Source: an uncultured Spirochaetaceae bacterium (GTDB lineage Bacteria; Spirochaetota; Spirochaetia; Treponematales; Treponemataceae). Taken from it: DNA of 31,378 nt. Of this stretch, positions 1-7,527 are shown one piece after another; within the stretch, counting starts at the first letter, position 1; each line of letters starts with the position of its first letter. Where the stretch lies: positions 1 through 31,378 of the forward strand of contig CADBUT010000016.1 of assembly GCA_902797925.1 (NCBI GenBank), written 5' to 3'. The notes beneath the pieces are model-generated. The model worked only from the letters and a program-made list of their open reading frames with translations. It searched no databases and was not told where the DNA came from. Position numbers and translations under genes: made by a program.

Positions 1-404
1 AATCTGAAAGAATTAAAATCTTATAATATAAAGGAATAACATTTGGCGTTTTTCAAGAGGCAACGGTTGCGTTTTCTTGATTGTGTCAAAATGAAACGCA
101 CAGTTTTTCAGCTTGCAAAAATGTGTTTTTTTGATACAGATGGAAGCTGTTCAAATGATTAGGAGCAGTAAAAACAAATAAAATTGAAAATAATCAAAAA
201 AAAGCATTTTTAGGTACAAAAAAAATGAAATCAGCATAGATAGTATATGCGGAATTGCTGCTTGATATTAAAGTTTTTCCATTAGGAGTCTCTACGGTTG
301 TTGAATAAGGTTTTGGGTTGTCGGCAAACAGCAATTTCCAAAAAGCACAGAATAATCTCGGTCAGATTATTCTGTGCTTTTCTAAAAACTTTCTGGAGGC
401 TGTT

Positions 405-1427
405 TTGAGAAAAATCAACGCTGCTGTAGTATTTGTTTGTCTTGTTTTGTGTTTGACTGCCTGTTCCGGCTCGCCCTCAAGTGTCAGTGTTTTAACGGGT
501 GATTTTGACACACCTGTTCTGCAGACTTTGAAATGCGAAAGTTCAAGGTACATATCTTTAGTTTTTTCAGAGAATGTTGCAGGCACTTCTCTGGAAGTTG
601 GTAAAGCTGAGAATATTCAGATAGAAAATGCCCTCATGTGCTCTTTGAGCGAAAAAATCGATGCTGAATATTCCAAGAACAATTCAAAGGAACTTGAGAT
701 CCGGTTTTCTATTCCGACACAAACAGGCTGTACTTATATAGTGCGCGGAACTGTAACAGATACAAACAATAATTCTTTGACTTTTGCTTCTCTGTTTACA
801 GGCTATAATGACAACGTGCCTGAATTGATTTTGAGTGAAGTTCAGACAAAGTATTCCAACCCGAAAGCCGAATTTGTAGAAATCTACGCAAAGACCGGCG
901 GAAATCTTTCGGGTGTGTGCATTTTTTCGGCAAAAGACGGCGCACAAGGGCGTTATACTTTCCCGGCTGTAGAAGTCAGCGCGGGCGAGTATATAGTTGT
1001 GCATTTTAGAAACATGGAAGCCGGTATTGTAAATGAAACTGGTACAGATCTGAATCTTTCTGGCGGCGCGTATTCAAGCAGTTCAAGAGACTTGTGGCTT
1101 GAAAACACAGGTACAAGAATCGGTGACAAGACAGATGTTGTGCTTCTTGAAAAAACAGCAGACGGTGAAGTTATAGACGCTGTTGCCTTTGCAGATTCTT
1201 CACTTGAGGACTGGCCAAAAGAGATTTATGAAGAGACTTTGAAACGCGCTGTAAAAGCAGGCGTGTGGCCGGGTTCTTCTATAAAAGATGCAGCTGTTGG
1301 GGACAAACTTTCTGCAACAAGAACAATCTCGCGGCAGTCATTTTCATCACCGGCAGATAAAGATTCTTGGCTTGTAACTGCAACAAATACAGCGTCTCCC
1401 GGTATGCCGAATTCAGATAAAATCTAG
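405..1427 (+). CDS. Lipoprotein with C-terminal lamin-tail (LTD)-like domain
   Basis: The ORF track starts at TTG 318, but GGAGG at 395-399 precedes TTG at 405, giving MRKINAAVVFVCLVLCLTAC (basic N-region, hydrophobic core, lipobox LTAC). LILSEVQTKYSNPKAEFVEIY...FPAVEVSAGEYIVVH resembles lamin-tail domains (recognised, not searched). Confidence 0.7.
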   Translation: MRKINAAVVFVCLVLCLTACSGSPSSVSVLTGDFDTPVLQTLKCESSRYISLVFSENVAGTSLEVGKAENIQIENALMCSLSEKIDAEYSKNNSKELEIRFSIPTQTGCTYIVRGTVTDTNNNSLTFASLFTGYNDNVPELILSEVQTKYSNPKAEFVEIYAKTGGNLSGVCIFSAKDGAQGRYTFPAVEVSAGEYIVVHFRNMEAGIVNETGTDLNLSGGAYSSSSRDLWLENTGTRIGDKTDVVLLEKTADGEVIDAVAFADSSLEDWPKEIYEETLKRAVKAGVWPGSSIKDAAVGDKLSATRTISRQSFSSPADKDSWLVTATNTASPGMPNSDKI

Positions 1428-1446
1428 CGTTGGCGGCGCTGTTCTT

Positions 1447-2136
1447 CTAGTAAAGCTTTGGCGGGAGCGGTGTAAAGCCTTCTCCTGATTTGATTCTTGA
1501 AACATAGTCCTGAACCGTTTCAAGCTTTTCCTCAAAGGCTACACCGCCAAGACAATGCAGACTGTTTACATTGTGCATATCAGAACCGCTCGTGCCTGGA
1601 AGTTTGTGCAGGGCTGCATATTCCAGCGCTTCATCATTTTCAGAAGGCGCGTTTGCCGCGTTATAGACTTCCACAGCATGAACATCGTCCGGGTAAAGAT
1701 TTATTGATTTTATGTAGCTTCTTTTCCGGTAAGGATGGGCCTGAACTACTAAGCCGCCTGCATTATCAATCAGCTTAAAAAGCTGCGAATGAGACAGACG
1801 CATTATTTCCGGATGGGCAATAAGCCATTGCTTTGTTATGCCGTAAATCAGAAACTCGTCGCCTGAAAAATTGTATTCAAAACCAAAAAAAACTGAAAAA
1901 TCTGAACCTTCGGCTTCTTCTTTTGCATGTTCATAACCAAGGCAGAAAGCCTCAACCTTATCTTTCCAGCAAAGATCGTCATTTATGGCACAGTTTCCAT
2001 TAAAAAAATGATCGGTAACAAATATGCCCGAATATCCGATTTTTTTATAAGCTCTGACAGCTTCTGCACCTGTTGTTACACCGCATGCGCTGCCTTCTGA
2101 TGTATGTAAATGTGTTTCATAAATGTATTGTTTCAT
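1447..2136 (-). CDS. PHP-domain metal-dependent phosphoesterase
   Basis: PHP motifs YETHLHT, VTDH, GFEY, QAHPYR and GSDMH. Confidence 0.85.
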   Translation of the reverse strand: MKQYIYETHLHTSEGSACGVTTGAEAVRAYKKIGYSGIFVTDHFFNGNCAINDDLCWKDKVEAFCLGYEHAKEEAEGSDFSVFFGFEYNFSGDEFLIYGITKQWLIAHPEIMRLSHSQLFKLIDNAGGLVVQAHPYRKRSYIKSINLYPDDVHAVEVYNAANAPSENDEALEYAALHKLPGTSGSDMHNVNSLHCLGGVAFEEKLETVQDYVSRIKSGEGFTPLPPKLY

Positions 2137-2231
2137 AGAAGTATGTTGAATATTATCAAGAAAATTGAGTTAGTTCAATCAAAATTTGCATTTTTTGAAT
2201 CTAACTCAATTCTAAATGATTTACCGCAACT

Positions 2232-3473
2232 TTAAGATTTTTTAGAAGCTTTTTTGGAAGCTGCTTTTTTTGCTGTCTGTGTATTCTCTGGGTCAGGCTC
2301 TTTGTCTTTAAGCATTTTGACAGAAGCACCTTCTTCTGTTTCAAGCTGTGTGCGTTTGCCGATGATTACTTCACGTGCGGCGTGAGCAGCTGCAATTTGT
2401 TCAGCAATAACAGAAGCATTCTCTTCAAGGTTTGCAATCTGATCGCGGATTTCTTCTGCGCTTTTTTCCAGTGAGGCAATCTTTTTGTCTGCGTCAGACA
2501 AAGCTGTGTTAAGCTGCATTATGTCTATGCGCCTGTTAATTGAAACAAGCTCTGTGCGCTCTTTTCCAATTGAAGCAATCTCTTCTGCGCCGATGCCTTC
2601 ACATTCAAGAATTTTTTCACCGTCTTTTGTGCAGTAGCGGCTTACATAAGAGCGGCCTGCTGTGCGGCAAAGCTCGTCCTGGTTAAGCTCAATCTGGCTT
2701 ATTTCTGAATTAATCTGCGCAATACGTTTCTTGCCTGAAAATTCAGAAGCTTCAAGCTGAACAAGCGACTGCTTTGTTACTTCTGCATCGTCGGCGTTTT
2801 CAAGAAGCTGATTCTTTATGCCGTCAAGTTCCTTATATTCTTCAAGACAGGCTTCAAAAGCACTCTGAAGTTCAGATGAAACATTACTGCCGCTCAAAGC
2901 ATTTTCGCCTGTTTCAACAACAGTCCGTGCTCCGGAAATAAAAACCTGTTCTTTTTTGCGCTGCTGGATCATTGCAGAATTTCTTAAAGAAGAAAGCTTG
3001 AACTGCATCGCAAGTTTCTGCAAAAAAGACGCTGTTTCAAGCGAGGTCTCGATTTCTTTTACTTTCTGGTTATAACCGTCTTCCAAAGATTCCAAGCGTT
3101 CAGCTTCTGCAAAATGAATTTTGAATTCTTCCGGCAGTGAATCGTTGCAGTTTTTGTAGAGAATTCTTCCGAGTTCCAACAATTTTGCATTTATCAGTTC
3201 TTCTTTTGAAGACAAACTTGTTTGAAGATTGCGGGCTTTTGTCTCAAGTTCTTTCTGTTTATTTACAAGATCTTCTATTTCTGCAATATTCCGTAAAAGC
3301 TGCTGTTTTGTTCCTGCCGCGGCGGCATAATCTACTGAAAGCTGCTGTTCAACCATCGGTGCTGAAGCTTGGAGCACTTGGCGACCCACAGAAATTTCAA
3401 GCTGATCAATGTGAGAAAGCAAAGACTTTTTCTTTGATTCTAAAGCTGATACTGTTTTTCCCTGTGTGTTCAT
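2232..3473 (-). CDS. Hypothetical long coiled-coil protein with Lys/Ala-rich C-terminal tail
   Basis: 413-aa ORF with heptad-like Leu/Ile/Glu/Gln/Lys composition. GGAGG on the minus strand precedes the ATG. Ends KKAASKKASKKS. Confidence 0.75.
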   Translation of the reverse strand: MNTQGKTVSALESKKKSLLSHIDQLEISVGRQVLQASAPMVEQQLSVDYAAAAGTKQQLLRNIAEIEDLVNKQKELETKARNLQTSLSSKEELINAKLLELGRILYKNCNDSLPEEFKIHFAEAERLESLEDGYNQKVKEIETSLETASFLQKLAMQFKLSSLRNSAMIQQRKKEQVFISGARTVVETGENALSGSNVSSELQSAFEACLEEYKELDGIKNQLLENADDAEVTKQSLVQLEASEFSGKKRIAQINSEISQIELNQDELCRTAGRSYVSRYCTKDGEKILECEGIGAEEIASIGKERTELVSINRRIDIMQLNTALSDADKKIASLEKSAEEIRDQIANLEENASVIAEQIAAAHAAREVIIGKRTQLETEEGASVKMLKDKEPDPENTQTAKKAASKKASKKS

Positions 3474-3761
3474 TTTGTTCCTCCATAATAAACAACTATA
3501 AGGCGTTTTTTTTGAGCTTGCAAGTCTGCACTTTTCAATTTTCTGGAATATTTCATAATATGAATTTGTCTATAAAATTTTAAATCGTCAAGGTTGTTTT
3601 TCATCTGTGCGGAAGGTTTCGGCATGTTTGCTCCGCCGATTGTCTTAAAGTTTATTTTTCACTATTATAATTAAAAAGAAGATTGTACGGCTCTGTTTTC
3701 AGCAGGAACTGGACAATAAAATTACACCGGTGTCATTTCTGACACAGCTACAGAGGTTTTT

Positions 3762-5021
3762 ATGAAAACAAATGCTTTAAAAGGCATGAAAGATATTTTA
3801 CCGGCAGAGCAGAAGCTGCGCGATTACGTTCAGGGCAAGATTCTTGAAACTTATAGAGCAAGCGGCTTTGAGCGCATTTCTACGCCAATGCTTGAAGATG
3901 CGGAAAATCTTGACAAGAGTGACGGCGGAGACAATCTTAATTTGATTTTCAAAGTGCTTAAGCGCGGTGACAAGCTCGACTCTGCCCTTGCTGCAACTCC
4001 TGTTGATGAAAAGTCCCTTTCTGATATGGGGCTCCGCTATGATCTGACGCTTCCGCTTTCACGTTTTTTTGCGGCAAACCGCAACGAGCTTCAGTTCCCG
4101 TTTAAGGTGATTCAGACAGACCGCGTTTTCCGCGCAGAACGTCCGCAGAAGGGTAGAAGCCGTGAGTTTGTTCAGTGCGATATCGATATTCTCGGCGACA
4201 GTTCTTGTAATGCAGAAGTTGAGCTTATTGACGTTACAGCCCGCGCGCTTTTGAACATAGGCTTTGAGGATTTCACAATCAACATCAATGACCGCCGCAT
4301 TTTGCGCAATATGCTTGAGAACATGGGCTTTGCGCCTGACTCTCTCGACTCTGTTTGCATTACTTTTGACAAGATGGACAAAATCGGTGCAGCCGGAATC
4401 GAAGCCGAGCTCCGCGAAAAACAGATGCCGGAAGATGCAGTTAAATCTCTTGTAGATTTTATCGCAAAAAGCGATGCTGCAAACGGCGGCGCAAAAATAA
4501 CGCTCGACGAAGTTGCTTCAAAATGTGCAGATGCTTCAATTGCTGACGACCTTAAATATATTATTTCTACAGTAGAAAAGGTTGCGGCCGGAAAATACAA
4601 GATTTCTTATACACCGAATCTTGTCCGCGGTCAGGGCTATTACACAGGCGTTGTTTTTGAAATTGCAAGTCCTAAGTTTTCCGGCGCGGTTGGCGGCGGC
4701 GGACGCTATGACAATATGATTGGCAAATTTATCGGTCAGCAGATTCCTGCGGTTGGTTTTTCAATCGGTTTTGAGCGCATTTGTTCTATTCTTCTTGATT
4801 CGGGCTATAAGATTCCGGGCGAGAAAGAAAAATGCGCACTGCTTTATGATGATGCAGTTGAATTCCCTGTTGTACTTGCGGAAGCAGAAAAACTTCGCGC
4901 CGGTTTCAGTGTTGCTATAATCAAAAAGGCAAAGAAACCCGGTCCTCAGTATGACATGCTTGAAAAGCAGGGCTATACAAAATTTGCAGTATTCAAAGAC
5001 GGAACAGTCAGCATAAAGTAA
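3762..5021 (+). CDS. hisS: Histidine--tRNA ligase
   Basis: KGMKDILP, LRYDLTLPLSR, class II motif 2 VFRAERPQKGRSREFVQCDIDI, LVRGQGYYTG, motif 3 GGGGRYD...AVGFSIGFERI. Confidence 0.93.
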   Translation: MKTNALKGMKDILPAEQKLRDYVQGKILETYRASGFERISTPMLEDAENLDKSDGGDNLNLIFKVLKRGDKLDSALAATPVDEKSLSDMGLRYDLTLPLSRFFAANRNELQFPFKVIQTDRVFRAERPQKGRSREFVQCDIDILGDSSCNAEVELIDVTARALLNIGFEDFTININDRRILRNMLENMGFAPDSLDSVCITFDKMDKIGAAGIEAELREKQMPEDAVKSLVDFIAKSDAANGGAKITLDEVASKCADASIADDLKYIISTVEKVAAGKYKISYTPNLVRGQGYYTGVVFEIASPKFSGAVGGGGRYDNMIGKFIGQQIPAVGFSIGFERICSILLDSGYKIPGEKEKCALLYDDAVEFPVVLAEAEKLRAGFSVAIIKKAKKPGPQYDMLEKQGYTKFAVFKDGTVSIK

Positions 5022-5128
5022 CAAAATCTGTCTGATACATGCCGGATCAGTTCAGTTCATTTTGAGCTTGTCCGGCAAACCGGCTTTATGCAATTAAAAA
5101 CATTTCTGCGTTGAAAATCAAAAGTTTC

Positions 5129-5158
5129 TTGACAACTCAAAGAATTCAAACTTATCAT
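5129..5158 (+). promoter_or_regulatory. Sigma70-type promoter upstream of the EF-G paralog
   Basis: TTGACA (5129-5134), 18-nt spacer, TATCAT (5153-5158). Confidence 0.55.
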
Positions 5159-5239
5159 TTCAGTATTGGGATTATGTAAAAAAGCCTGCGCTTTGGGTCT
5201 CAAAAATAAAAATCATAAATTGCCAAGAGAGGGGTTTTC

Positions 5240-7330
5240 ATGGATTTTACAACGGAAATGGTACGAAATGTTGCTATCGCTGGTCATGGTCAGACAGGAA
5301 AGACAACTTTGTTTGAACAGCTGCTCTTTGTTGGTGGTGTAATCGCAAAGCCGGAAACAGTTGTTTCGGGCAAAACTGTAAGTGATTATACCCCGGAAGA
5401 AATTGAGCATAAAATTTCTATATATTCGTCTCTTGCTCATGTTACATGGAAAGATATAAACATAAACTTTTGGGATACACCGGGTTCGTCAGACTTTGTA
5501 GGTGAAGTTATTTCGGCCTTCAGGTCTAGCGAAATGGCGCTTGTGCTTGTTGACGGACGTTCAAGTGCCCAGATTGAGACAATTAAATTGTGGCGCGACC
5601 TCGACAGACGTTCTAAGCCCCGTATGGTTTTTATCAACCGCTGCGATGACGAACGCACTGACGTTGCTGCTGTTACAAAAGACATACACGATAAATTCAA
5701 CGTACAGACTTGTCCGCTTACAATTCCGATGAACGGCGGTGCTGGCTTTGCCGGAGTTATCGACGTTCTGAGAGGCAAGGCTTATCCGCTTGCTGCAGAC
5801 GGAACGCTCGAAAAGGCTGTTGAAATTCCTGCTGAATATAAAGATGCCTATGAATCTGCACGCGGTATTCTTGCCGGTGCTGCGGCTGAAGGTGACGATG
5901 ACCTGCTTATCAAATTTATTGATGACGGTGAACTTACAGACGAAGAAATTGTAAAAGGCTTAAAGATTGCGTTTGAGAACAACCGCATTGTTCCGATTTT
6001 CTGCGGTGACAGCATTAAAAATTCAGGTTTAACCGCAGTTTTCGATTTTATCGCTGAAATTGCACCGTCTCCTGCCGGAAGACTTGAAACTGCAAAGAAC
6101 GCCGACGGTTCAGATGCAACTGTAAAAATTGCAGGAGACATTCCGCTTTCAGCACTTGTTGTAAAGACTTCTAGCGACCAGTTCTCAGGCCGTCTTTCTT
6201 ATATCAAGATTATTACGGGTTCTTTGGCTTCTGATACTGAAATCTTCAATGTTAATGAAGGCAGAAAAGAAAAAATCGGTAAAATTTTCCGCTGTATAGG
6301 AAAGAAGCTTGAAGAAGTAAAGACTTTGAATGCCGGAGATATCGGCATTGCAACAAAGCTTAGCATTACAAAGACGAGCGATACTCTTGCCGCTTCGGCA
6401 GATGCCTTGAAGTTTAACCGCTTGAGACATCCTGAGCCAGTATATTCAATGGCTGTTTCTGCAAACGATAAAAAAGAAGAAGACAAGATGAGCGAATTCC
6501 TTGCGCGCTATGCTGAAGAAGACAGAACTTTGTCTTATAAATATAACGCTGAAACAAAACAGAATGTTCTTTCTGGTATGGGCGAGCTTCATATTTCGAT
6601 TCTGCTTAAAAAGGTTCAGGCTCAGACCAAGATTAACATTCAGACTGCCGTTCCGCGCATTGCATACCGCGAAACAATTCAGCGCAAGGCACAGGCCGAA
6701 TATACGCACAAGAAGCAGTCAGGCGGCCACGGTCAGTATGCGCGTGTTGTTCTTTCTATAGAAAGTCTGCCGCGCGGCGAAAACTACAAGTTCACCAACG
6801 CTGTTTTTGGCGGTGCTATTTCTAAGGGCTATATTCCGGGTGTTGAGAAGGGCGTGCACGAAGCAATGGAATGCGGCGTTCTTGCAGGCTATCCTGTTGT
6901 AGATGTTGCGGTTACTGTTCTTGACGGAAAGGAACATCCTGTTGATTCTTCTGAAATGGCGTTCAAGATTGCTTCGCGCAACGCTTTCAAAGACGCAATG
7001 CGCAACGCCGGCCCGATTCTGCTTGAGCCGATAATGAACATTACTGTTCTGGTTGAGTCAAAATATTTGGGCGATATCATGTCTGATATGTCGGGCAAGC
7101 GCGGAAGAATTTTGGGTCAGACCCCGATTGGCGGCGGCATCGAAGAAATCCGCGCACAGGCTCCGCAGGCAGAGCTTTTGAAGTATGCGATTGACCTCCG
7201 TTCATTGACAAGCGGCACAGGAAGTTTCGAAACTTCATTTGATCATTATGATCCGATTTCTGGAAAGATTGCTGACGAAGTCATCAAGGCTTCAAAAGAA
7301 TTCATCAATATGAATCAGTCTGATGATTAA
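5240..7330 (+). CDS. fusA2: Elongation factor G paralog (EF-G2/EFG-II type)
   Basis: G1 GHGQTGKT, G3 DTPG, domain III LSGMGELH, domain IV HKKQSGGHGQY and HPVDSSEMAF, domain V LLEPIM...LRSLTSGTG. G2 (HKISI) and G4 (NRCD) diverge from canonical EF-G. Confidence 0.88.
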   Translation: MDFTTEMVRNVAIAGHGQTGKTTLFEQLLFVGGVIAKPETVVSGKTVSDYTPEEIEHKISIYSSLAHVTWKDININFWDTPGSSDFVGEVISAFRSSEMALVLVDGRSSAQIETIKLWRDLDRRSKPRMVFINRCDDERTDVAAVTKDIHDKFNVQTCPLTIPMNGGAGFAGVIDVLRGKAYPLAADGTLEKAVEIPAEYKDAYESARGILAGAAAEGDDDLLIKFIDDGELTDEEIVKGLKIAFENNRIVPIFCGDSIKNSGLTAVFDFIAEIAPSPAGRLETAKNADGSDATVKIAGDIPLSALVVKTSSDQFSGRLSYIKIITGSLASDTEIFNVNEGRKEKIGKIFRCIGKKLEEVKTLNAGDIGIATKLSITKTSDTLAASADALKFNRLRHPEPVYSMAVSANDKKEEDKMSEFLARYAEEDRTLSYKYNAETKQNVLSGMGELHISILLKKVQAQTKINIQTAVPRIAYRETIQRKAQAEYTHKKQSGGHGQYARVVLSIESLPRGENYKFTNAVFGGAISKGYIPGVEKGVHEAMECGVLAGYPVVDVAVTVLDGKEHPVDSSEMAFKIASRNAFKDAMRNAGPILLEPIMNITVLVESKYLGDIMSDMSGKRGRILGQTPIGGGIEEIRAQAPQAELLKYAIDLRSLTSGTGSFETSFDHYDPISGKIADEVIKASKEFINMNQSDD

Positions 7331-7451
7331 GGTTTTTCTAAGCAAATTGCTAATTTATCGGTTTTAAGTTCTTTTTTTGAATTTTTTACCGATAAATTAG
7401 AGAAATCTTTTTACATAGATTAAACATTTTGCGTTTTTTCTGTGTGTAGGG

Positions 7452-7479
7452 TTGAAAATTTACTGCCCTGTGATATACT
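7452..7479 (+). promoter_or_regulatory. Sigma70-type promoter of the LysM lipoprotein gene
   Basis: TTGAAA (7452-7457), 16-nt spacer, extended -10 TGaTATACT (7471-7479). Confidence 0.55.
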
Positions 7480-7527
7480 ATAGGGCAAATACGTCGGCAG
7501 TAATGCCGGAATCTTGTGGAGACTGAG

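Noticed and set aside
1-404. Long left-edge non-coding stretch with small dyads (GCAAC-G-GTTGC at 60-70, and an imperfect GCGTTT...GAAACGC hairpin)
   Set aside because: The dyads are short or imperfect and match no RNA family I know. The region is probably the promoter zone of a gene outside the window.
318-404. Upstream TTG start given by the ORF track for the first gene
   Set aside because: It has no RBS and would bury the lipoprotein signal peptide. GGAGG plus TTG 405 fits better.
2232-3473. SMC/SbcC ATPase call for the coiled-coil protein
   Set aside because: No Walker A/B or signature motifs, and it is too short.
3137-3583. 148-aa + strand ORF overlapping the coiled-coil gene
   Set aside because: Antisense shadow ORF with no recognisable motif or RBS.
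3474-3761. Possible T-box leader upstream of hisS
   Set aside because: No T-box consensus (UGGNACC) and no terminator/antiterminator pair were found.
5041-5076. GCCGGA...TCCGGC hairpin after hisS, with a similar AAGCCGGA...TCCGGCTT at about 20656-20684, considered as a REP-like family
   Set aside because: Only the 6-bp arms are shared, and the loops differ in length and sequence. Two copies are not enough to call a repeat family.
4172-7098. Multiple antisense ORFs inside hisS and fusA2
   Set aside because: Typical shadows of codon bias on the opposite strand of conserved genes.
7365-7395. ACCGATAA as a sigma-28 (FliA) -10 box
   Set aside because: No TAAA-type -35 at the required ~15-nt spacing on either strand.
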